Assembly (NCBI GenBank): GCA_907165135.1
Contig: OU015567.1
Location: 12,090,001-12,154,000 of the forward strand
DNA: 64,000 bases
Direction: 5' to 3'
Origin: Oikopleura dioica
Taxonomy: Eukaryota; Animalia; Chordata
The notes under the pieces are model-generated. The model did no database searches. It was not told where the DNA came from and saw nothing but the letters and a program-made list of their open reading frames with translations. This document shows, one piece after another, positions 10,922 through 22,684 of this stretch. How positions within the stretch are numbered: position 1 is the stretch's first letter; every line of letters begins with the position of its first letter. The position numbers were made by a program, and so were the translations under genes.

Positions 10922-13725
10922 TGGGCAGAAAACACTGTAAACTCAAACTCATCATCGGGTTCTTGATTTTTTAAAGGTTCCACTTATCAAGTAATGGGCA
11001 AGGGGACTTTTTCTTTGAAATTTCTGTAATGAACTGGTTCAAATCGAACAAGAATCCAACGACGTTGAACCTTGGCCACCTTGGCCCGGCGTTGCGGTGA
11101 AATTGCTACTCGTAATTATTCCATCGATTTGAAGAAAACGTGCCATCGAAGCTCAATTTATGATTCAATCCACATTCCATTCCCCGAAACTCTCCACTTT
11201 CCTCAAGCCAGCATTGTCAGGTGGCAGCGCTATTTCGCATTTTTGCGTCATTAATCGAATCTGGCAAAATTTCGTGAGAGTACCAAAACGAAAAGGCTGA
11301 CAAGAAAATGGCCGTTGCGCATTGACAAGTTAATATTTTCTGAACGTGTTCAAGATCAATTTAAAGAATCCGCCCAAGCCCTAAAATATATTTTTAAAGC
11401 AGTTTTAAGTGGCAATTTGCGGCTGGTAAATCCGGCCGAGCAAGAAATTCAGGCGCCTTAGTTGAAATACAAATTATTTAATTCGGGGCTTAATGAGGCG
11501 CCGATTTCCTAGGCTAAGTCGTTTTTCATTCTAAACCTTAATAGTGACGCAAATTGGACTTGATTGAGCTCACGTTGTTTCTTGAGCTCGATTACTGTCA
11601 ACGTGAAAAAGAGCCCACAGTTAGAATACTGCAACGAGCAAATGAAAAGATAAAATCTTAATTGACTGAACTTCGACACCCCAAAAATACGAGAAGCATT
11701 CCAAACATCCTGAGTGGATGACATCCGCCCGGGCTCTTTCGCGGTCGAGCCCTTGAAACTGTTTTGAGCAGAACTCGAAATGGACTGAAAAAACAAGCAC
11801 CTCCTTTTTGATCGTTCCTAAAAATATCTTCGTAAAAACTGCTTATATTTGCGAACTTTCTTTGAATGAACAGCAAAAACTAGAAGTAAACAATTTTAGA
11901 AAATGATAAAATTGATGAATATTTCGTTTTAATCTTGACAAGTAGCGATAAGTAGCGAGATTGAGAATTTTATCCTTGATTTATGTTTAACGGCAAAACG
12001 TCTGTTTGGAAAATCGGAAATATAAATTGATTTTTAAAATTTATTGGTTCTTTTGAGTCTCAAAATTTCAACCTGAAAATTGCAAACAATAAAACACTTA
12101 CAAAAAAGCTCGATTTTTCTTATACAAACTCGATTTAGATATAACTTTTGTCGATCAATTTGCAAAAAAAATGAGTTCATTATTAATCAAGAAAGTGCTA
12201 GAATGCATTGTCTTCTACATAATCTGCAATTCAAAGGCGTTTGCGATCAAATAAACACGAAAACATAGATTGGTGGGGGGTAAGCACAAGGCTAAGTTTA
12301 TTGAAAGAAAAAAATCGACGCTATGTTCCGCAATTGCTAAAAATAAGCTAATTTTTGTGTTGATGTTCCTCGCAGAACTTTTGATTAAAAATGTCAAAAT
12401 TTAGCTATAAATAAACCCTATTCGGATCGATAAAGAAGTAAAAAAGGAAGAATAGCAATAAAGAAACTACAACCTCGAAATTTTTCTTAATTATTTTTAC
12501 TGTGACACCGATTGTATCATATTTACAAGAATTTTGCGAAATAAAATCTTATTTACAAAGAGCGTCAATCGTTAAGATTTTGAAAAAAAATGTTCGAATT
12601 CGAATACTGGAAATTTCTTATTCTTAGTTTCTCCAAAAACTTCTGGGAGCTCGAAAGCCAGATTTTTTGGCGATGAAAAATGCATTTGTCCTGCTTGAAA
12701 CTCGTTCTGTAAGAAACTGTATTCAAGCAAGACTGCATGCATTTTTAAAAGGGGAAAAACTCTGCCTTTTGGGCATGTTTTTAATCATAATTTTTAACAA
12801 TTAGTTATTTTTAATTCTAATTGAGAAAAAAACGTATGTGCTTAATTTGTCGAAACAAGACAAATTTCCTTCTGTATGTGGTTTTGTACAGTGAGGGTCA
12901 GGTTTCATACCGAAAGCGGGTTAAGTTGAGCTTAACTCGTTTTGGCTTCTTTTGAAAGCTGAAAGTGTGTTTTTCGTGATGATGATGATGTGAAGAGCAA
13001 CTTCAGTTATTCAGAAGATACTGCTAACTTAACTAGAATCGTGTTATGCGAGGGAAGATTTAAATCAATCAAGAAAGAAGACATGAAAAGGAAATATTTC
13101 ATATCAACCCCTCTTGATAAATGAGAAAGAAAAATTCTGGTCAGTAAAAAGCAAATAGCGAGCCCAACTTACATGAAAAAGTGTTAGGTATCTTCTTTCT
13201 TTCCCTAGAATTCTAGCAAAGCGTTGATGTTACCTTATCGGCGCCAATCAGAATCAAGCGTTTAGAACAAGTACAAGGTACAGTCATGAAGAATGAGGTA
13301 GAAAGTGTCGTCTGTCCAAAACAGTTGGAAAATCAATTTACAGGTACATCCAGGATTTTTGAGGGGCTTCGCGAAATAAAAAGCCTATTTTCGCGCTCTT
13401 ACTCGCCCCTTAGTAAGATGAACGCAATTTTTTCAAATACGCTATCTTGTGTTGATCCAAGGAGCCAATCAGAGCGCGCGGGAACAGATTTTTGATTGGT
13501 CTGCGAATTTTTGAAATTATATTGCAATTTTTCAATTTTGAATTCGACCTTTTCAAAGCAATTCTAAAAATCTATCCCAGGCTCAATTAAAAGTGATGAG
13601 CTTTTTAGCTTGCCCGAGCTTTTCGGGAGAAGAAAAATAAACTCAATAGAAGATAATTTACAATGAAGATAATGAATACCTACACGCGTAGCTAAAAAAA
13701 TGCTACGAAATGCTAGAATAAGGGT

Positions 13726-16700
13726 TTATAGGCCTGGATTAATGTTAAATTGCTGTTGGACTTCTAAGTATTTATCGACGACAGTGCCAATTTCGGGCCG
13801 CGAGAGGGGCTCGTCCAGCTTGCATTCTTGATGAATTCTAGCGTTTGGGTCTCATTTTTATCCAAACAAATATTTTCTGATATTTCTGCCAGACGAACGA
13901 AAACTTGACACAGTACATTTGAAATGACCTTATCAATTCTGACCGAATATAAACCCCTTAAAATAATCAGAAGTCCTTGCCTCTTGATTTTTTGAGACCG
14001 CAACCTGTAAAGTTTGTTCCATACGTCTGTTGCTTCTTCTGATTCGCCCAAAATCGCTTTGGTGATGTCCGGAATCTTCCAAATATCAATTTTCTCCGTG
14101 TAAAAGATGCCTAATCCGCATTGTTTTTGTTCTGGAGGCACCAAGCAGCCCATGTTTTCTGTATCACCTGAATGTCAAGAGAACGGGGTTCATTTAAAGT
14201 TATTATTTAAAGTTATTAAATTAATTATCAAAGCATTATGATGAAAGGAGACTGATTAAGGTTACCTTCTATTTCTGAGCCGCCTCGGATAATGTTACAG
14301 TTACATCTGACGGTTCCATCCTGGGAAGCAGCAATGAGCTCGTCCACGTCGTTGAGAACGACTTGAAAGTCATCCGTGAGGAGAAACTAGAAAAGTATGG
14401 TAAGTAAGAGAAACCTTATGTTTGTTATCTCAAATCGCGATCTGCTTTCCTATATGAATTTGTTGAACATTTGTTCAAATATAAATTTTCGAATCCTTCT
14501 TCTGCGCGAGAAAAGGAAGAATTAGGTTTTCAAATAACCTTATGACTTGGGTTTGCTTAAGGAGGGGGTCGACGAGAATCGGGATTTCCGTGACCAAAAA
14601 TGCGGGAAAACCTGATAAGATAGGCAAAATCTGATTTTACTGGTGGATAGAAAAGGGTTTTAAAAATCAGGCGGTGAAAACTACAAAAAATTTTGATCAG
14701 AAAAAGTCGGTTAAAAATCCCGTCAAAGTAGGGCCATTTCGCGAAAATGCACTAAAAATGGTCATTTTTTTTACAGTTTTTTTCATTTCGACCCTTTTAT
14801 CTAATCTTTATCAAATGATTTTAGGCTCAACAGATGCGGGAGAATCTGTAGATTCCAAAAATATAAAATTCATATCCTGACTATGTGTATAAGCGAAATT
14901 ACGATCACCCCTGAAAAAATTCTCGTCGACCCCCCCCTTAATGAGTCTGAATATGAGGACGAGTTAATAAGAAATTTAGGTGCTGGCGCGTGGCGCACAT
15001 GTCAATGGTTAAGGGTGGAGACGTTGCAAAATGCAAATTTGACCGGACAGAAACCGACGTAACGCTGACTTGGATGGAAATTGTATTTGTCACACGCGCC
15101 CACCCCAAAAAAGAAAAAAAAATCGCGCAACTTGACAAGCTCTTGGTCAGCTTTTCGATTGAAGATGATTGGAAAGAAGACCGAAAATGCGAAAATGCAG
15201 AAATTATTGTATCAAAATCAGCCAAAATTGAATATCAAGGGCGAAATCATCAGCTTGTAAAACGATAATCGAACGAACGAGTCCTAATGTGCGTACTTTC
15301 TGGGCATTTCTGCCAACAGATATTACACGTGCTCATGTGCTTCGACTACGCTTGTTCAAAAAAGAAGATAACAACACTTTTCATCGAAAAATCGAAAATT
15401 TCTAAACAGCCATGGAAATTCAATACATCATGAAAAATTATTGAAAAATTGCAATTTTTGACCGATTTAAATCTAAATTTTAGCAAAATTAGGACTTTTC
15501 GGTCATTTTTTATCAAAAACTCAAATTTTCGAAGGCGATTTTGAGTGTGTTAGAGTCGAGATAAACCCCCAAAAAATGAGCCCTCAAATCGTTTTCTTTG
15601 ACCTATTACATCCATTTCCGGGGTCAAAATTATGAAAAGTCGATTTTTGATTTTTCGAAAATTATTGAGTCAATAATTTATTGACGGGGAGAGGGGTCCT
15701 TCAATGATCTTTGTCATTTCACATTTCATTTTTATAAATAATAAATAATAAGAAAATTGTCTCTTAATAATTTTAAAATTGAATATCTAAGGGCGCCATA
15801 AATTATGGCCCATAATACCTGTGAAAGAGTTATTTCCGTCCTCGAAGCGTCACAGAGAACTCTCGGTGCTCTTGGCACTTGAGTGTGGAGCTTGTTGACA
15901 ACGTCGAGGTAGCTCATCACAACTCTCCAGCGGAGATCGAGATCGTTTGGCAACTGGCTGACGGACAGAAGAGAACCAAGAGAATGGTATTGGAGGACTA
16001 CTTCTGGCCAGGCCGGTTCTTCGCAGACTCCAATCAATTGGGCAACAACGCCGGTTTGTTGAAGGTCGATCATCGATTCCAAATACTGGTTGAATTTAAA
16101 GCGCTTTACTCGGGCAATAACGACAGCGCTTCCGTTTAAATCGGCAGTGTAGATCTAAAAGCAAAAATTAAGTAGTAATAATGCTCTTCTTAGAAAATAT
16201 GATTGACGTGATTTTGATTAAAATAAAACGAATAATTTAGGAACGGGCAATTCCGGACAAAATTAAGAAAAATTATAAGAAGACAATTTTTGCGAAAAAA
16301 AACGGAAAATTTTCGGAAAAAAAGCAAAGAAGGGTCAAAAAGCCATGAGAAGCACTTCCTTGACAATTCCGGATATTTGGCGCTTTTGCCCGAAAAAAAA
16401 AAAAAATTCTAAGAATTGTCCGACTTGTCTTTATTCGAATAAATGTGCTATTTTTGCTTTTAACTTACTCGTTTAACTCCGCCACCACCAATGAGATATC
16501 GATCTTTCGTCGGCAGTTGCTTTTTGATTTGGGTGCAGTTGAGACGAGGTCTGCATTCCTTCATTCCAGGAAGCTTGAACCATCCTTCAGGACAGCCCAC
16601 GTGACAATCGTAAACACAGTCAGTGCGGTTCTGGTAGATTTTTAGACGCTCTGAAAGAGAAAATTTAAGCATAAATATTAATTTTTTATTGGTTTGATTG

Positions 16701-17356
16701 ACGAGTTAATTCATATTAAGATTAGAAAACTTAAATATAAAATAATTTTAGGTTAGTTGATTCTACGTGATTTATCAGAAATGAATATTTAATAGTTCAA
16801 TTATTTTGTAACAATTTTATTAACAAGACGAAAGGCCCTTTAACGAAAAGCCTTCAGGGGACCTCACTTTCTGACAGTTAAGGGGGTAGAGCACGAAATA
16901 ATTGTCATTGAATTTTTTTTATGATTTACGAAAATAAAAAAAAGCTTACCATCAATTCGACGATTGACCTTGGCGCGCTCGGTGTCCCTGACTTTTCGAA
17001 TGCTTCCAGACTCGCCGGGAAGATCTGGCAGAATTGGGCAGATTTCAAAGTCAGGAAGCTCAAAGTCATCGTTGGGCAATCTTCTCGCGCTCTGGATCAT
17101 CATTTCGTGAACAAACGAGTTTGGCTCCTGCTCGGCGCCAAACTTGTCGGATTCCTCGTCAACCGAGGAAAGCTCACTTGTCGTTGTCGATGTTTCGACT
17201 GTCGTTGAGGTTTCTGTTTCTGTTGTTATTTCAACATCATCTGTAGAAAGCGGAACTTGCGAATTTTGAGAAGCGGCATTTTGAAGGAGACTTTTCAGAC
17301 TCGTGCTCACGTGACTCGTGTGCCGCAGCGAGCCAGGTTCGAATTGCAGCGAGTTA
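13726..17356 (-). CDS. POMK: protein O-mannose kinase (POMK/SgK196-like atypical kinase); 5' end not resolved
   Basis: Exons 16950-17356, 16469-16650, 15819-16154, 14266-14386, 14005-14167 and 13726-13837 join in phase through GT-AG introns. They give GCPEGWFKLPGMKECRPRLNC, IGGGGVKR, QYHSLGSL, RVLCDAS..TLSQFLLTDDF..LNDVD, EKIDIWKIPDI and IHQECK...RP. These match the POMK pattern as I recall it (MCD and NDLD in place of HRD and DFG; KIDIWKIPDI). Confidence 0.88.
14561..14937. mobile_element. 377-bp non-autonomous DNA transposon, TTAA TSD, 19-bp TIR (Kolobok-like), in a POMK intron
   Basis: TTAA(14557-14560)|GGAGGGGGTCGACGAGAAT ... ATTCTCGTCGACCCCCCCC|TTAA(14938-14941); one mismatch between TIRs. 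Confidence 0.88.
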
Positions 17357-20300
17357 CTGTCAACGAGGTTATACAATTACTTAGCTTACAAAAAAAACAA
17401 TCTTAATTTCTGTTTTCTATTCCGCCCACTTCTTAGTATCTTAGAGTTATACAGAGGAAAAAAAGCAGCATTATCTGAATAAAAAAAGTTATTTTTTTAT
17501 TATTTATTTTTCATTAGAATAAAGTCTCGAAAAAAATATATCTTATAGAAAAAAAAGGCAAAAAAAGGAAAAAAATGAGTAAAAATATGATTGCTTAAGG
17601 TGCAAAATTTTTCAAAAATTCGAATTATTTAACCCATTCCTGTCATCGGCAGATCTGCGGCTTCGGGAGAAATTCGCTTCAGCCCCGGAAGATCCCAAAA
17701 GGAAAAACCAGGACTGTCACTAAGACGCTAAGCAGACCTATACCGATTTTGTGTTTAATATCCATCCTTCTTCTTTCTCTCTATCTCTTGTTCGTTCCGT
17801 TTGTTTTTGTATAAAAAAGGTAAATCAATGAGTTTTATAAAGCCTGGGTATCCCGAGAGTCGACGAAAGACAAAATTTTATTTCTAGCGCGCTGTGAATT
17901 TTGTTATCTTTCGAAAAAATATGTTCGTGTTTGATCTTTCGAAAAAAAGCGGCCACTGTCTTTAAAAAGGTTTTTTATAATTTTTATTTCAAAAATTTTG
18001 TCTCTCGTGTTGCCGATTCCGATTTTTGTCCGATCAAATTCTGAAAATAAAAGAGTGTTAAATTTATAAATAATAAAAAAAATTAAAAAAGAAAGAGCAA
18101 ATACGAGATTTTCGCCGGGAAAAAGAAGAAAATATAATTTTTGAAATTGATACTTGATAAATCATATTCTTACTTTTTGAGTCATCGGAAAAAAGCGCTT
18201 AAAAATTGATTCCTAGCGACCATTTAAATGAAGTCTTATTGGTCTATCGGTAGAATTTAAAAATCTGATTGGTCAGAAAATACACCAAAATTACGGTGAA
18301 AATTATGGAAATTTCGTGTCGATTTGAGCTAATTTTTCTTATTATCCATGATTTTTTTAGCTCGTTTATTATTATTTTTAATGAATAGAGTCGATTAATT
18401 TTTCAAATAAAATTAAATGCGTTGATAATAAAGTGATTAAAAAAAAGAGATGATATAAAATATGGTTAATTTTAGAAAAGACTGTAAAATATTTTATCTA
18501 TTATCTATTTAATCGTTTTCTTTTCGTATTTTTTCTGTTTTCTTTTTTCAAAAATCTCTAATTCAATCTTCTTTTTCCCATTGAATCTCTTATAAGAAAA
18601 AGAGTTGCAAATCGACGTTACGGCGTCATCAAAAATACGCGTTAATTTTTGCCAAAGTGTTTAGTTATGAAAGCTGGATAGTAAAGTTCAGAGCTTCAGG
18701 GGGTTACTACGAGTAGGGCGACACCTAGCGATTGCAACCCGCCGCCGCAATTTTGCTTTTGGGACCGTCGAGATTGCTCTTGGCGCCGCGAACGAGGGCG
18801 CTCGCGAGCTGCTCGCGAAAACTCACAGCGTAACAAGAGACAATCATTGAAATTCATCTGTTTTAATGAGGTATATTTTGAATTGCCTTCAATCCTGCCC
18901 TATAAAAGAAATTGAAAAATATAGTTTCTCCTATGTCTGAAAAAATGTTTTATGATAAAAATAAACAGATAAACGCTTAATCATGAAAGTTACGAAATAA
19001 AAAAGGAACTTATGAAAATTTGAATTTTTTAAGAAAAAAATGCGCAAATCGCAAATTTGGTTAAATATTAAATCAGAAATTGAAGATTAGTAAAGTTGAA
19101 AATAAATTTCTCGATCAGGTTAATGATTTAACTCTTTCGATAAAAGAATAAAACGTGTGTTCTCATTTCTACAGTTCTTCAGAAAATTGGATTTTACGAC
19201 AAACGGGTCCGGAATTCCGAGTCCGCATGTTACGGAAAAGCGATAATCAAGGAATAATGATTGGGCGTGAGGAGTATTCCAGTTGCGTGATGATCCATTT
19301 TTCGATCTTGGTGATCGTATTTTGGCAAGATTGCGTCTGTAACAAGGCCGTCGTAAAGTTCTTGCTTCATCAGAAAAAGCTTGCTACGCAGTACTTTTAC
19401 TTTTTAGCAATATTTTTATTGATAATAAGGTTCTCTCATTGCCTATCTGTTTGCTGCTCAAAACAAGCAATTTTCGTGTAACTCTATTTCAGGGTTCCAA
19501 ATTTGGCCAAAAAATTTTGAATTTGAGCGAGCGATGAGCGAGCGACATTTGAGCGAGGGCTGAGCGAGCGAGTGGCTGAGCGAGATTTTTCAAATATCGG
19601 CTGAGCGAGCGGAGCGACTGAGCGAGCGACGTTTGAGCGAGATTTGAGCGAGGTTTGAGCGAAATCTGAGCGACATTTGAGCGACATTTGAGCGACGCTC
19701 GAGCGAAAATTTTGTCTTTCAAAAGCGGGTAATTTTGATTTTTATATAAAGTAAGTTATTCTGACATATTTATATTGTCTGAAAATTAAAAAAGGCAATC
19801 CTATAATTTTGGGTGCCAGTAGAGTAATTCTCAACCAAACTCAGATTTTGGCATAAAATCACAAATTAATTGAGCGCGCGACGAGGCAGAGGCCCTTACG
19901 CGCGCATTTTCTGGTAGAGAACTCATTGGGTTGGCGGGGCAAAACTCTCGCTCTTGTTCAGAACAATTTCCTAGGTCATAGTTGGGTCGAATGAGAGCCG
20001 GATGGTTTCGGACCGGGCGACGCTGGGCGGCGCAGGGCGGCACAATTCAGTACCCCCCAAAATTTTTACTACCCCAGGCATTCAAATTTGCCAAAAAATC
20101 AAGGCGAAAGCGAAGCAAAGGCGAAAACATTTCAATGTTCGTCAAGCGAAGCAAGAAAATTTTGGTTGACGAACGGTTCGCCAAAATAGACCTCTCAAGT
20201 ACGGTTCGATGAGAAGGTTCTTAGCGAACCTTACTTCATTTTTCTGGTCATCAAAAGAAGTTCTTTTATAGCCCAATCTCGCTGCTCCCGCATTTCCCAA

Positions 20301-20580
20301 AATCCCGCATTTCTCAAATCGCCAATTCAGAATTCTGCCGATTCAGGATTTTTGGAAATGGAGGATTGAGAAAAGCAGGATTTTGAGGAATGAAGGATTC
20401 AGCTAAAATTTCATGTCCGTTTGGTCTCCACTACTCGGCGGAAAGGAGAAAACAAATAGCGCGGGTAGCCCGTGAAAAGACTCTCCGTGCGAGTAACCCG
20501 CTGAAAAATCTGCGGGCTGCCCGGAAAAATAGTGCCGGGTAAAATCAAAGGACTCGAAATCAACAGCCATGCCTATAATC

Positions 20581-21065
20581 AAAATCAGGCTAGCCGTAAA
20601 ATATTCTATGTTAACCTACTCAACAGTTGTAGACGGCGGGGAAAACCCAACGACCTAACACGCCAACTGGATATTGAAAGTTAACATAACCAATTTTTGA
20701 GGTTAGTCTAATTGTTGAAGAAACCTGTTGAATGGCTGTAATAATCGAAAAAGAACTAAGGAAGCACTCGTAAAAAATAAATTATCGGGTTGGCTTGGGT
20801 ATCAATGATAAATCAGGCTGACCGAAAAATATTATATGTTAACTCACTCAACAGATGTAGACGGCGGGGAAAACCCAACGACCTAACACGCCACCTGGAT
20901 ATTGTGAGCTAACAAAACCAATTTTTTAGTCGAGCCTAAATTTTGAAAAAATGTTTGGCTGAGGACGGTGGGTTTCAGCGAAAATAATTTTTTTATTGTT
21001 ACCAACTCAATAGTTGTAGACGGCGGGGAAAACCCAACGACCTAACACGCCAACTGTATATTGCT
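20581..21065 (+). repeat. three degenerate tandem units (periods 228 and 159 bp) sharing an identical 38-bp core
   Basis: TGTAGACGGCGGGGAAAACCCAACGACCTAACACGCCA at 20628-20665, 20856-20893 and 21015-21052; flanks are homologous but diverged. Confidence 0.9.
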
Positions 21066-21241
21066 GGCAACAATATGTTAAAATTATTCGCAGAATTTAT
21101 TTAAAATTCTCTCTTTTTAATAAATCCGTGACTTAAAATCCTCCCCATTCATTCGCTTACCGCCAAGGAGTTTTTAGATCTTGGCCAATAAGAGCGGAGA
21201 ATTGGCTAGTGAGTAATAAACTTCGCTCAAGCGTCGCTCAA

Positions 21242-22048
21242 GGATGACAACGGATTCGGTTGGCCCAACTCCCGCTGAGTGAGAACGTGCAGGAGGTGTC
21301 GAGCCGAGTGAAGGAGATGCAAGGGACCACGCCGCCGGTGTGCACTCCTGCAGAGACTGCTCCTGGGCCCAAGTCGGAGCAAGTCTCGGTCACCGAGACT
21401 CGGTGTGAGTCCTTGAGTAAACATAAACTGGGGGCATCTTGAGTCGGGAATTGTGATCAAGCACGGCCTAGATGATCTTCAAAACTGAAAATATGGAAGA
21501 CTAAGAATTAGAATTCTCTGAAAACTTCCATGACAGGGTAAAATTTCATACTGATTCTGATGGCGCTATCGTTAAAGTCTTTTGGTGATAGATTTTCGAA
21601 ATAAATCACTTCCAATTATTATCAGCTGCTTGAATCAAAGTAACAATCTTAATTACTTCCGGTTTGAAAGTAACTATGATATTGTCATGACATTGTGTTG
21701 CACAGGTCAAAGAGGCCGTTGAGAAGATAAGTCTATCAAGAAAAGCATTCGAAAGAAAATGGCCCGAAGATGGACATCACCAGAATCAGATTTTTTCATC
21801 CTGATTCAACTTCAGTGGTCAACAAACGATTTCTTCAAGCTGAATTTACGAATAAGAGGGGCCTGTCGATCAAGATCTGGATACTCCAGAGCGAGATTCA
21901 TCTTGAATTTTTGACATTAATAACAAATTACGACTTCATAATCGTGATCAGCGATAAATTTTACCCTAGTTGATAATTTAACTCGGCTTAACACCTCCTG
22001 CACGTTCATACTCGGCGGGAGTTGGGCCAACCGAATCCGTTTTCCCCC
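21242..22048. mobile_element. 807-bp nested non-autonomous element with 68-bp TIRs and 9-bp TSD (Mutator/MULE-like)
   Basis: TIRs 21242-21309 and 21981-22048 (60 of 68 bases identical, both starting GG). GTCGCTCAA is duplicated at 21233-21241 and 22049-22057. The element interrupts the right subterminal array of the hAT element. Confidence 0.82.
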
Positions 22049-22654
22049 GTCGCTCAAACCTCGCTCGAGCGGCGCTCAAACCTCGCTCCAACGTCGCTCA
22101 AACCTCGCTCCAAAGTCGCTCCAGCCTCGCTCAAACCTCGCTCAGCTATCATATTTTTTGGCCTTGAGCGAGCGAGCGACTGAGCGGTTCGCTATGAAAA
22201 TCAGTTGAGTGAGCGGAGCGTGAGCGATCGCTCGCTCGCTCACCGCTCGCTCACGCTCAGATGTCGCTCAGCGCTCAGCCAGAATTGGAACCCTGCTCTA
22301 TTTCTTTCAAAAATAATCACGTGATGGTCTTTTTTTCCGACTGAGAATGGAACGCAAATGAAAATGTTCTAGCATTTGACAATCATATTGGATCTTGTTA
22401 CTGTTTGTAACATTTTAAAATACCCGCGAAAATGGCATCACTCGCGCAAATCAATTTTCAGCAGTGTCAATGTCGAACATTTCCATAAGCAGAAGTAGAA
22501 TTTATTGAACGGGGTCTTCTTGGTAGAGTTTCAAAAACTTTGTCATTTCTGACGCTAGAATAAAGTCGAATGTTCAAAACAAGCGCATGAGAAAACGGTT
22601 CTTCTCTGACGCAGATAATCTAACTTCGGCTTATTCTGTCAAGGTATTTTCGGT

Positions 22655-22684
22655 CCCTGACTCAGGTTTTGTACACAGTTTGCC
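22655..22684. mobile_element. solo right arm of the TGACTCA-containing MITE family
   Basis: CCCTGACTCAGGTTTTGTACACAGTTTGCC resembles the right arms at 51628-51664 and 54868-54902. Confidence 0.5.

Larger units (their letters stand above)
19490..22295. mobile_element. 2806-bp composite non-autonomous hAT-type DNA transposon
   Basis: TIRs CAGGGTTCCAA (19490-19500) and TTGGAACCCTG (22285-22295), extendable to 18 bp with 2 mismatches. Perfect 8-bp TSD CTCTATTT at 19482-19489 and 22296-22303. Subterminal TGAGCGA arrays (about 19520-19705) and TCGCTCA arrays (about 21223-22280). No transposase ORF. Confidence 0.92.

Noticed and set aside
17400-19150. Very A/T-rich tract as a special element
   Set aside because: Only homopolymer runs were seen, with no periodicity or terminal structure; consistent with ordinary intron or intergenic DNA.
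19484-19722. ORFs rich in SLA/RS repeats
   Set aside because: They are translations of the TGAGCGA subterminal repeats of the hAT element.
20628-21052. CRISPR array interpretation of the three identical 38-bp repeats
   Set aside because: The context is eukaryotic, the inter-repeat sequences are 121-190 bp and homologous to each other, no cas genes are present, and the array lies inside a DNA transposon.
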